Shown here: positions 55,524-64,000 of the stretch, in pieces
Numbering within the stretch: position 1 is the first letter of the stretch
How the letters are laid out: every line of letters starts with the position of its first letter
Assembly: GCA_044868145.1 (NCBI GenBank)
Contig: JBIOWE010000006.1
Span: 218,835 to 282,834, forward strand
Length of the DNA: 64,000 nt
Reading direction: 5' to 3'
Source of the DNA: Patescibacteria group bacterium
Lineage (GTDB): Bacteria; Patescibacteriota; Patescibacteriia; UBA10025; JBIOWE01
Position numbers and translations under genes: made by a program
The notes under the pieces: generated by a model
What the model saw: the letters and a program-made list of their open reading frames with translations, nothing else
Database searches by the model: none
Told to the model about the DNA's origin: nothing

Positions 55524-56840
55524 ATGAATATAAAAGCAAGACGCATCATCTTCTCGAGTTTCCTGTTTCTCTTCCTGATCATAGCGCCAATCATTATCGC
55601 GTATTCTTTTGGCATACGCTTTGATTTTAATAAAAAGCACATTGTGCAAGCGGGCGTCATCACTGTTGATTCAATCCCCCATTCCGCTACAATACGGTTG
55701 AATGGCGAGGTGCAAAAGCAAAAGACTCCAGCGAAATTTACGCGTCTAGCGCCCGGCCAGTACACGCTGAAGGTATCCAAACTGGGCTATTATGATTGGC
55801 AATCAGAAACCGCAGTCCAAAAGGGCGAAGCATCAATCTTTGACAACGTGTATTTAATCAAAAATACCGAGTCGCAATTATTGGTTGCTGGCACAATCAC
55901 AAGCATCGAACAACTGACTGATGGTGGGTTCTTAATTATCCAGAAGTCATCTGAAAATGTTTACGCTCTCTCAAGGTTTACATTTGGACGAAGTTTTGAA
56001 AATGTCACATCCCAAGAATCAATCTCGCCCCCGCAGATGTTTTGCGCAACTGACTCGCAACAATGCATTATGAGTTACGAGACAGCTCTGGGGCAGTCAC
56101 TGCTGTTGATAAATCTTTCTGGACAGTTTACGACTTCCAATTTCAGCAATAATCACGGGGAACCAATCACCCATATCGCCTACTCTTCTCAGGCTAAAGC
56201 ATGGATTGGGTTACGGGGAAATGCCATAGTTCAACTAGATTTTATTAAACAACTGATTTTACCCTATGTAACGTCGTCGGATCCGGTACAGGATTATCTG
56301 TTGCAGAATGACGAAGTTGTTGTTCTTACCGAGCAATCGATTTTCGTCCGAAGCACGAAAAACCTTGGCATGGATATGTACCAGATCAAGCTTAATCACA
56401 AGTATAAACTTCTCAAGTCGTCTAACGGAAACATTTTCTTACTGAACGGCAACGGAAATGCCATAGGCATATACCGGGTTGGTAACCAATCAGTGAGCGA
56501 GATAGATATCCGTGGTTCAGATGCGCTCTACGCGGAAAGAGCCCGAGCTTTTGTTATCGCGAACACGAACGAAATTTGGCTCATGGATAATAACCTGGCG
56601 TCCGCGCCAAGGCTCATCTGGCGTTCTAGCGGCACCTTAACAAAGAGTTCGGTTAATTCGCATGCGCCTTACCTTATGCATCTTCATAATAATGTCCTGA
56701 CGTTTCTCGAATTGCTCCGTAAAAACCCTTATTCACTGGCACTATCCAGCTCACCCGTGTATGACTTCGCCTTTGCAAATAATGGAAAAACCCTCCTCTT
56801 TGTTACTGACGAGGGTCTTTTTACTCAAGAGATTTTTTAA
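55524..56840 (+). CDS. Membrane-anchored PEGA-domain protein with a C-terminal beta-rich domain
   Basis: TM helix, then a PEGA-like module (VITVDSIPHSATIRLNGEVQKQKTPAKFTRLAPGQYTLKVSKLGYYDWQSE). A promoter-like TGGACA-17-TATACT lies upstream. Confidence 0.55.
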   Translation: MNIKARRIIFSSFLFLFLIIAPIIIAYSFGIRFDFNKKHIVQAGVITVDSIPHSATIRLNGEVQKQKTPAKFTRLAPGQYTLKVSKLGYYDWQSETAVQKGEASIFDNVYLIKNTESQLLVAGTITSIEQLTDGGFLIIQKSSENVYALSRFTFGRSFENVTSQESISPPQMFCATDSQQCIMSYETALGQSLLLINLSGQFTTSNFSNNHGEPITHIAYSSQAKAWIGLRGNAIVQLDFIKQLILPYVTSSDPVQDYLLQNDEVVVLTEQSIFVRSTKNLGMDMYQIKLNHKYKLLKSSNGNIFLLNGNGNAIGIYRVGNQSVSEIDIRGSDALYAERARAFVIANTNEIWLMDNNLASAPRLIWRSSGTLTKSSVNSHAPYLMHLHNNVLTFLELLRKNPYSLALSSSPVYDFAFANNGKTLLFVTDEGLFTQEIF

Positions 56841-56844
56841 ACCA

Positions 56845-57567
56845 TTACGGTTTCCGTGAACCAGCGACGAGCATGGAAGCGCGCAGGAGGGAACGGAACG
56901 ACTCGCCGCCGTCGCCCCACCAGCCTTTAAGCACTTCAAAGGTCATTTGTCCTCTTCGGATGTAATAATTGTTGACGTCCGTTATCTCAAGCTCGCCCCG
57001 TCTTGATGGTTTGAGTTTTTTGACTACCTGAAACACCGTCGGATCGTACATGTATAAACCAACCACTGCCAGGTCTGATGGCGGGTCTTTTGGCTTTTCC
57101 ACGATACGCTTAATTTTTTTCTTTTCGATTTCAACAACGCCGTATGATTTTGGATTATCCACTTTTTTCAAAAAGACTCTTGCTCCTTTTTTTTGGCGTT
57201 GGAACGACACAATGCTTTTTTTGATGCTGTCTTTCAGTATATTATCGCCGAGCATCACAACGATTTTTTCACCGTCAGCGAAATTCTTTGCTAACCCAAG
57301 CGCCTGCGCGATACCGCCTGGCTCTTCCTGGACTTCATAGGACAAATCCACTCCCAGTTCTCTTCCTGAACCGAGTAATTCTAGGAAATGTCCTGCGTGG
57401 CCCTTGCCGGATACGATGAGAATTTCAACGATACCCGCGTTCCGCAAGGTTTGTATGGGGTAGTAAATCATCGGTCGGTCAAAAACCGGCAAAAGATGTT
57501 TATTTGTTACTTTTGTGAGCGGAAATAAGCGTGAACCTGTGCCACCCGCAAGAATGATACCCTTCAT
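56845..57567 (-). CDS. rmlA: Glucose-1-phosphate thymidylyltransferase (short form)
   Basis: GIILAGGTGSRLFPLTKVTNKHLLPVFDRPMIYYPI. Confidence 0.8.
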   Translation of the reverse strand: MKGIILAGGTGSRLFPLTKVTNKHLLPVFDRPMIYYPIQTLRNAGIVEILIVSGKGHAGHFLELLGSGRELGVDLSYEVQEEPGGIAQALGLAKNFADGEKIVVMLGDNILKDSIKKSIVSFQRQKKGARVFLKKVDNPKSYGVVEIEKKKIKRIVEKPKDPPSDLAVVGLYMYDPTVFQVVKKLKPSRRGELEITDVNNYYIRRGQMTFEVLKGWWGDGGESFRSLLRASMLVAGSRKP

Positions 57568-57609
57568 AGGAAAGTGAAAAATAAAAACTAAAAAGGAAAA
57601 ATGAGCAGA

Positions 57610-58455
57610 TTAGTGTGTATTTGTGATGAGAAATTCGTGGAGGGCTGCTTGCCACGGACGCATCGGCGGAAGCTTAGTATTCAGCAACATGGAGTACATT
57701 GGACGTTTTGCAAGTCGCTGAAAATGCGAACCAGGCACAGCCCTTAGTGTAGCACGGATTTTCAGAGTCTGAAATATCTCTTGGCTGAATTGAAACCACG
57801 TGCAGCCGCCAGTATTGGTTATGTGGTAAACCCCAAACGGCATAGTACTTTCTATTACTTCCCGCGTGCGAGTTGCAAGGTCAAGTACGTACGTCGGCGA
57901 AGAAACTTCCTCATCAATAACTTCAAGGATACTCTGTTTTTTCGACAAGTCTATCATTTTCGATACGAAACTTTTTTTCGCTAGTGGGCTTGTTGCTTCT
58001 GGGCCAAAAAGTCGTGAGGTTCGAATGAGGTAGTAACGTTTCGCGTTGGTTTGAACCGCTTGCTCGCCTTTTAATTTTGAAACACCGTATGCACTGATGG
58101 GCTCGGGTCTGTCCGTTTCCGCATATCCTTCTTTTTTATCGCCGAAAAAAACGTAGTCAGTGCTGTAGTGAATAAGGAGGGCGCCAACGTTCTGTGCGGC
58201 ATTCGCGAGAAACTCAACGGCAGTGGCGTTGAGAAGCGTCGCTTTCTCCGGCTCTCGTTCTGCGCCGTCAACGTCGTTATACGCTGCGGCATTGATGACA
58301 ATATCTGGTTTTGTTTGGGAAATCGATCGGTCTATGTCTTCTTTGCTTGTTACGTCAAGTTCATTTCGATCGTATTCTATCAGCGTGTAATCTCGCAAGA
58401 CGTGCTTTAACGCTTGCCCTAGCATGCCTTTCACACCGAGAATCACAATTCGCAT
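57610..58455 (-). CDS. rmlD: dTDP-4-dehydrorhamnose reductase
   Basis: MRIVILGVKGMLGQAL and YxxxK in the SDR fold. Confidence 0.8.
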   Translation of the reverse strand: MRIVILGVKGMLGQALKHVLRDYTLIEYDRNELDVTSKEDIDRSISQTKPDIVINAAAYNDVDGAEREPEKATLLNATAVEFLANAAQNVGALLIHYSTDYVFFGDKKEGYAETDRPEPISAYGVSKLKGEQAVQTNAKRYYLIRTSRLFGPEATSPLAKKSFVSKMIDLSKKQSILEVIDEEVSSPTYVLDLATRTREVIESTMPFGVYHITNTGGCTWFQFSQEIFQTLKIRATLRAVPGSHFQRLAKRPMYSMLLNTKLPPMRPWQAALHEFLITNTH

Positions 58456-58458
58456 ATA

Positions 58459-59457
58459 TTATGTTTTCCCATACTGCTTTTTGTAATACTCAAGGTATGC
58501 GCCAGATTTGATTCTTTTCCACCATCGCTCGTTTTGAATGTACCAGTCTACTGTTTGCTTCAGGCCTTGGTCGAAAGAATAGCTTGGTGACCACCCGAGC
58601 TTTTGCAGTTTTGATGAGTCAAGGGCGTAGCGGAAGTCGTGCCCTGGACGATCAGACACGCTTTCGATTGATGATGCATCCTTGGCCAAAAGGTCTAAAA
58701 GTTTTTTTGTTAATTCCAGATTCGATATCTCATGTCCAGACGAAATATTATACGTTTCTCCGGGCGATCCTTTTTTGATAATCGTGTTGAGGCCGCTGCA
58801 GTAGTCTTCCATGTAAATCCATTCTCGACGATTTGAGCCATCGCCATAAAGAGGAACTTTCTTACCTTCGAGAAGGTTGGTGATAAATAAAGGGATGACT
58901 TTCTCGGGGTATTGGTACGGGCCGTAGAAGTTCACGCTATGCGTTATAATGATGGGCATTTTATATGTTACTGTGTAGGCGCGGCATAAGTGATCTCCTG
59001 CAGCTTTGGAGGCCGCATATGGACTATTTGGCTCAAAAGGGCTTTGTTCTGTGAATTTGCCGTTTAGGAGGCTTCCGTACACCTCATCCGTGGAAACCTG
59101 CACGTAGAGGCCAACCTTATGCGTTTTAGAGGCCTCCAGCAGGGTGTAAGTACCTACGACGTCTGTTTGGATAAACGTTTTCGGATCCAAGATAGACCTG
59201 TCCACGTGTGTTTCAGCGGCAAAGTTTACGACGAGATTTTTTCCTCTCATCACGTCGTTAACAAATCGGTCGTCAGCAATGTCGCCTTTTACAAACTCGT
59301 ATCGCGGGTTCTTTTGTATGTCTTGCAGGTTGTCGAGGTTGCCGGCGTATGTGAGCTTATCGAAATTCGTTATATACCAGTCTGGATGTTCCTTAAGCGC
59401 ATAGCGAATGAAATTCGACCCCATAAATCCTGCTCCGCCGGTAATTAATACTTTCAT
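58459..59457 (-). CDS. rmlB: dTDP-glucose 4,6-dehydratase
   Basis: MKVLITGGAGFMGSNFIRY...YAASKAAGDHL. Confidence 0.85.
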   Translation of the reverse strand: MKVLITGGAGFMGSNFIRYALKEHPDWYITNFDKLTYAGNLDNLQDIQKNPRYEFVKGDIADDRFVNDVMRGKNLVVNFAAETHVDRSILDPKTFIQTDVVGTYTLLEASKTHKVGLYVQVSTDEVYGSLLNGKFTEQSPFEPNSPYAASKAAGDHLCRAYTVTYKMPIIITHSVNFYGPYQYPEKVIPLFITNLLEGKKVPLYGDGSNRREWIYMEDYCSGLNTIIKKGSPGETYNISSGHEISNLELTKKLLDLLAKDASSIESVSDRPGHDFRYALDSSKLQKLGWSPSYSFDQGLKQTVDWYIQNERWWKRIKSGAYLEYYKKQYGKT

Positions 59458-59930
59458 ATGGCTTCCCAATTAAATCCAATGTTCGGATCATTATAAGGAA
59501 TACGCTGCTCGTCTGGGTTTTTTGCGTCATACGTTTCAGTCGTGTGATAAAATAAAAGCACTGGTTCTTCGCTTAAAACTTTGTACCCGTGTGCCACGCC
59601 TGAAGGTATGACAACAAGTTTGTAATCCCCCTCTCCCGCGTAGAGTGTTTGAGTTTCGCCTTTTGTCGCCGAATCATCACGGAGATCATGCAAGACAATA
59701 AGAGCTTTACCAGTCGCCACAAACCAAAGGTCATCCTGTTTTTTATGCCAATGAAAAGCCTTTATCGTATCTTTGTAAGTAACGGTGAAGGTGGATTGTC
59801 CGAATTTTTTAAGAAGGCCCTCACCTGCACGAAGAATCTCTGCGAGAAATCCAGGTTTGTATACCTGTTCGCCTGGGTCCACGACGTCTTGAAACACTTT
59901 TAGTTTTTTTATTATTACGTCGTGTATCAT
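59454..59930 (-). CDS. rmlC: dTDP-4-dehydrorhamnose 3,5-epimerase (cupin)
   Basis: FHWHKKQDDLWFVATGKALIVLHDLR...VVIPSGVAHGYKVLSEE. Confidence 0.75.
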   Translation of the reverse strand: MIHDVIIKKLKVFQDVVDPGEQVYKPGFLAEILRAGEGLLKKFGQSTFTVTYKDTIKAFHWHKKQDDLWFVATGKALIVLHDLRDDSATKGETQTLYAGEGDYKLVVIPSGVAHGYKVLSEEPVLLFYHTTETYDAKNPDEQRIPYNDPNIGFNWEAI

Positions 59931-60355
59931 TGTTTTGTTACTGACTCGTCGATTTTTTCCTCATGTAACAACAAAAGCGAGAGGAAAAAGGTTACTACAC
60001 CCGATAAGAAAGCAATAGCAAATGCCAATGTCCCGAGCTGCTTCATCTTAAAATACAGCACTAGAGCAACAATGACTGATAAGGAAGCGATAAGTAGATA
60101 ATGACGCATCGAAACGTCTGTATGCGTTGACTTGCCCGGTTCTGACTTTGCTATCAACGCGTGAACGACCCCGGCTACGATTGTTGTATAGAGCAAGATA
60201 TTCAGATCAACGTAGTCGCTGATAAATGTCGGCCATAATTCTTCAATGGTATAGAAAAGAAGGTACGATACGAGACTTACTTTAAAAAGTTCAAAAACGA
60301 TATTTTGCAGCATACGCATTCCTGGATTTTCTTTTTGAATAAACGTGGGTCTCAT
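59927..60355 (-). CDS. Small 4-TM membrane protein (GtrA-like position in a glycan cluster)
   Basis: Four hydrophobic helices. Translationally coupled between rmlC and the 597-aa gene. Confidence 0.4.
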   Translation of the reverse strand: MRPTFIQKENPGMRMLQNIVFELFKVSLVSYLLFYTIEELWPTFISDYVDLNILLYTTIVAGVVHALIAKSEPGKSTHTDVSMRHYLLIASLSVIVALVLYFKMKQLGTLAFAIAFLSGVVTFFLSLLLLHEEKIDESVTKQ

Positions 60356-60357
60356 GG

Positions 60358-62151
60358 TTATTGTAGTACGCGCTTGATCAAGTTCATGAGCCGCGGAAAT
60401 GCGTTCTGAAACGTTATCGGTTTTTTCTCGAAAAGAATAGACACTTCTTTCACGTGTAAGGTTTTGTTCTGCTCGGACATTTCCGGAAGGGCAATAATAA
60501 ATGAAACGGTGTGGTTGTTTGTGAACAGGTACGGCACGCTTACGCTAGCTTGCGCCACGAAGTCGCCATTGGATATGCTCGCTGGTTTATATTTCGATAT
60601 AATGTAGTCGTAATCGTCGATATGAGCCACTGTTGCGACGCTCGGAATACCAATGTCGTTTGGGTTGAAAAGTTGATTTTGGGAAAAGGCAAAAAAGCCA
60701 TTACCCTGTATAACGACATCATTCTCGGGGGAAGTTATCGCTGTAATACTTTTTAGATTTTTTACGGTGAAAGGGGTATTGATCGTTTCCACCTTCACAA
60801 TGTTCGAACCGACCAACACGTCTTGCAGACCCGCTATATGGGACGTACTTATTTCCAAGGAAGTGCTGGTCGTGTACACGGCCGTTGGCGTTACTGCCTT
60901 TTCACCCAGTATGTCCTTATACTCAAGGCTATCAGTTAAATAAATCTTCCCGGAGAACATCAGAAGTTGTTGAAACGTGGTTATTTGTTTTATAAAAATA
61001 TCGTCCGGGGTTTCGATGGTGAGTCGGTACAGTCCAAACGGTAAGTCGTCTTGAACAATAGTAAGCGTCATTTCCTGGGACGGTTTACCGGTAGCGCCGT
61101 CTACCCCATCGTCATCGACCTGGTAACTCTTTATTTTTTCATTCTCGTGATTATAAAGTGTAACGGAGAAAACGTCCTTCCCTTGGTGTCGGTTAATATC
61201 TTGAATCTGGAACGTATAGGAAAGCGACTCGTCTTTACCAATGTAAGTGTATATTTGGTGGGAGCCGCGTATGCTTTTTGTTATGACAAGAGGTACCGTG
61301 CTTTTTCGATAACCAGGTAACTGATAGTAATCGGATAATTCATAATTGTACTGTAGAAGCTTGTTCTGCGGCGGTAAACTCTGAAAGAACTCCTGTATAG
61401 ACGCGTAGCGGACCGGCGGCCGTTCGATTGTCACCAGGGTAGACTGCAAGGTATCTAATTGATTGTCGCGATCCCTTTCCAGAATAAGTTTCCTTTTTTC
61501 ATATTCATCCGCGCTCACTTCTCCCTTTTCATTCATTGCGACAAGTTCGTTCAGCGATTTATTGTACTGGGCAAGGACTTTCCCTTTGTTTTGTTCGTAT
61601 TCCGCCTTTTGTTTTTTTTGGTTTTCAACCAGCACGGCGTTGCGTTGCCATAAATAAACGTTATTTTCTTGAATTTTTTCCCAATAATCGGGAAGATTTT
61701 CCAAAGCAATCGGATGGCGCGCCAATTCTTCGTAATAATAGTTATTGTTCTCACCAGGTTGCTTTACGCCAAGTCGAAGAATCTCTTGCTTGTCGGGGTT
61801 GTCATAGCGTAACGTTACCGTTGCCTTTTGAAACGGGCGCGGCACCTTCACGTCGAAATATAACGGTGAAACGGTTATAAGTTGGAAATAGTCAGTTGCT
61901 TTTTGAGTATTACTTGTGCCGATGACACGATCCGGCTCTTTTGAAGCAAAATTCAAAACGCGATCGGATTCCTCCGGAATGGTATATCGAATCGTCAGTT
62001 TGCCAAAGGGAACGATGTGTTGATAAACGATCCAAAAAAGCAAAATAAGAGGCAGTGTCCAGATAAATACTTTGACGACGCGTTGTTGTTTGTCTGACGT
62101 TTTTTCCATTGAATATAACGCAAGGATAGCTATTTTTTTAAAATAATTCAA
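60358..62151 (-). CDS. Large N-terminally anchored extracytoplasmic protein of unknown function with a coiled-coil segment
   Basis: TM helix (FIWTLPLILLFWIVY) and a K/E-rich coiled coil (residues ~170-230). Coupled to the GT-C gene. Confidence 0.45.
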   Translation of the reverse strand: MNYFKKIAILALYSMEKTSDKQQRVVKVFIWTLPLILLFWIVYQHIVPFGKLTIRYTIPEESDRVLNFASKEPDRVIGTSNTQKATDYFQLITVSPLYFDVKVPRPFQKATVTLRYDNPDKQEILRLGVKQPGENNNYYYEELARHPIALENLPDYWEKIQENNVYLWQRNAVLVENQKKQKAEYEQNKGKVLAQYNKSLNELVAMNEKGEVSADEYEKRKLILERDRDNQLDTLQSTLVTIERPPVRYASIQEFFQSLPPQNKLLQYNYELSDYYQLPGYRKSTVPLVITKSIRGSHQIYTYIGKDESLSYTFQIQDINRHQGKDVFSVTLYNHENEKIKSYQVDDDGVDGATGKPSQEMTLTIVQDDLPFGLYRLTIETPDDIFIKQITTFQQLLMFSGKIYLTDSLEYKDILGEKAVTPTAVYTTSTSLEISTSHIAGLQDVLVGSNIVKVETINTPFTVKNLKSITAITSPENDVVIQGNGFFAFSQNQLFNPNDIGIPSVATVAHIDDYDYIISKYKPASISNGDFVAQASVSVPYLFTNNHTVSFIIALPEMSEQNKTLHVKEVSILFEKKPITFQNAFPRLMNLIKRVLQ

Positions 62152-63767
62152 GACGCAAGTTTAAGTAAACGTTCGTTATTGGGAAACGATATAATTTCTT
62201 TAAACGTTACCCCGATGCCTCCCAATAGTTGTTGCAAAGATGCAAAGTCCGGATCAGTTGGCGCGTAGTAATAATACACAAGAGTTTTTGCAAGGAGCGA
62301 CTGTATCAGTCTCACTTTTTCTGTGTCGGCAGCTGGTAGCGATACAATGACCTGCCGTTCCGGAAAGAACACCTTGTCGCTGGCGCCGGCGATGATGACT
62401 GAATCCTTGGGTGTGCGCTCTACAACGGCTTCGGCCTTTTGCTTGTTCTGATTTGCATATTCGCGAAGGGCAAAAATTCCCTGCAACGGGTCAAGCAGAA
62501 CGATATGGAAAGAAGTAAAGACAAAAGCGCTAAGCACAATGCTAATAGCGAATACGCGCCAACGAAATGATCGTAGGTAACTTACTACTTTCAGAATACC
62601 GATCGCGCAAAACGGTAAGCTAAACAAAGACACAGGTAACCAGTATCGAATGTAGGAAGAGCCAAGAATGATTTTCGTCCGATCGATGTATTCATAAAAT
62701 TCCCACGAGCCGTAGTACAGAAACAACCATATGCCCATAAAAAAGAATAAAAAAGTATACAGAAACTCCAAACGCCAGCGGCGTTCAGCAACGAATTTTT
62801 TTATGGTAAGAAAAAGACCAAAACCAAAGAAAATGGAAAATAAGGGGAAGATCCTTATGAAGTAATCGAGAACCCTTTCGGATGCGCCCGCGAAGTGTAC
62901 GCCAAAGGGAAATAAGATCTTCCCAACCTGCGTTAGAAAAGAGTTCCCGGCCCCCGAGGTAGAAATCGAGAGTGAATCGTCGAAATATGATTGATACGGC
63001 ATGCCGCCGAACAAATTCCAAAGAATGAACAAATATGGAATCAACACTATTGCGGCGCCTCCGGCGAAATACAGAACATTTTGCCAAAACCCTTTTTTAC
63101 CTGCGACAATCAGAATGATGAGGATAATCACGCTCGTCCAAAAAAATTCGACAGTTCGTATACTCAGTGAAACGCCAAATACAATGCCGGACAATGCGAG
63201 AATGAGATTATTCTTTTTCTCGAACGCACGCAATATGAGGTAAAGACTTAGTAGAAAAAAAACGAGAAACGCTACGTTATGGAACATGCCTCTCGTGGCA
63301 TAGTACCAGTATCCAGGATGGAGCAACAAAAGGATTGCGGTAAGGAATGCAACTGATGTATGGAAAACTCTTTTTAGCAATAAAAATATAATAATCGCGG
63401 CAAGAACAGCAAGCGCGGGCGTTAAAAACAAAATAACGAATGAACCGAAAACCTTTGCGATAGCCCCGTAGAGCATAATCATTCCGATAAAGCTCGCGGG
63501 TATCAAAAAACCGCCTTGAACAATTGTGCTGCGCGGATGGGTGATTCCTTCACCCAGCCCATACAATTGGTTATAAAATCTCAGTGAAAGGCTGTCTTGA
63601 AACTGAGTTATGAAGAAATAATTGGCGGTTTCGTCCGGTGACGTAAATTTGGGCTGTGCTTGATAGAGAGGCGCACTGTATATGAAAAAAAACACAATCC
63701 CTATGAGTATAAGGACTATGATTGCATTTTTCTCGTTCCCCATCGGTTGTCCCTTTCGAAAAATCAC
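62148..63767 (-). CDS. GT-C fold membrane glycosyltransferase (ArnT/PMT-like, GT83/GT39-like)
   Basis: 13+ TM helices with the DE motif in the first loop (TSPDETANYFF). Confidence 0.6.
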   Translation of the reverse strand: MIFRKGQPMGNEKNAIIVLILIGIVFFFIYSAPLYQAQPKFTSPDETANYFFITQFQDSLSLRFYNQLYGLGEGITHPRSTIVQGGFLIPASFIGMIMLYGAIAKVFGSFVILFLTPALAVLAAIIIFLLLKRVFHTSVAFLTAILLLLHPGYWYYATRGMFHNVAFLVFFLLSLYLILRAFEKKNNLILALSGIVFGVSLSIRTVEFFWTSVIILIILIVAGKKGFWQNVLYFAGGAAIVLIPYLFILWNLFGGMPYQSYFDDSLSISTSGAGNSFLTQVGKILFPFGVHFAGASERVLDYFIRIFPLFSIFFGFGLFLTIKKFVAERRWRLEFLYTFLFFFMGIWLFLYYGSWEFYEYIDRTKIILGSSYIRYWLPVSLFSLPFCAIGILKVVSYLRSFRWRVFAISIVLSAFVFTSFHIVLLDPLQGIFALREYANQNKQKAEAVVERTPKDSVIIAGASDKVFFPERQVIVSLPAADTEKVRLIQSLLAKTLVYYYYAPTDPDFASLQQLLGGIGVTFKEIISFPNNERLLKLAS

Positions 63768-63837
63768 TATAATAGTATATCATTTTAACATTACTTTACA
63801 ATGTGACGACTTTCTGTTATTATAAATTCTGAATTTC

Positions 63838-64000
63838 ATGAGCAGACCTGTCATAATCGTTTCATTCTTTCTTTCTTATGTGGCTTTGTTAGCCGCACTG
63901 TATTTTTTTTCGGAAAGCGCACGCTTTCTCAAAACTCCTTTGGTTATCGTCTGGGCTCTTTATGTTTTTTTCCTGCCCGGATACGTGTGGGGACTAGTTG
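63838..64000 (+). CDS. Start of a membrane protein (3'-truncated by the window end)
   Basis: ATG at 63838 followed by a hydrophobic stretch (MSRPVIIVSFFLSYVALLAALYFF...) with no stop before the window end. Confidence 0.3.
   Translation, partial: MSRPVIIVSFFLSYVALLAALYFFSESARFLKTPLVIVWALYVFFLPGYVWGLV

Noticed and set aside
1-64000. CRISPR arrays, tRNA/rRNA genes and integrase-flanked islands
   Set aside because: No array of short direct repeats with unique spacers was seen. Intergenic regions are mostly under 150 nt and show promoters or terminators rather than tRNA-like cloverleaf signatures. tRNAs cannot be excluded without a covariance-model search. No integrase or recombinase was found apart from the Y1 transposase.

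Overview
This window reads as a gene-dense, mostly syntenic bacterial chromosome segment. The architecture is consistent with a Patescibacteria/CPR-like monoderm: truncated AlaS, RpoA without an alpha-CTD, no rpsD in the alpha operon, a type IV pilus cluster without a secretin, and leaderless promoters. That assignment is an inference, not a database result.

Recognisable core genes include:
- An infA-rpmJ-rpsM-rpsK-rpoA-rplQ-rplM-rpsI ribosomal block on the minus strand.
- alaS, mnmA, secDF, secA, pyrG, rplI, rpmA and ctpA.
- A full peptidoglycan set (murA, murB, murC, murD, murG, mraY, ftsW).
- A dTDP-rhamnose pathway (rmlABCD) and a polyamine pair (pdaD plus speB).
- A type IV pilus operon: pilB-pilC-pseudopilins-pilX-like-pilM-pilN-pilO.

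The accessory-looking parts are:
- 1-7.9 kb: a cell-surface display locus. It holds two paralogous Thr/Ser-rich secreted proteins split by an IS200/RAYT-type Y1 transposase with REP-like hairpins, a DUF916/CscA-like anchored protein, a dockerin-bearing protein and two membrane-anchored cohesin-like proteins.
- 17.5-21.8 kb: a three-gene operon with a sigma-70 region-4-like HTH protein, a membrane protein and a T4SS coupling-protein-like ATPase.
- SecD carrying an inserted parvulin PPIase domain.
- An FG-GAP beta-propeller fused to an L,D-transpeptidase.
- Two GT-C glycosyltransferases beside the rhamnose genes.

Several promoters, terminators and a terminator-like leader hairpin in front of infA can be read directly from the sequence.
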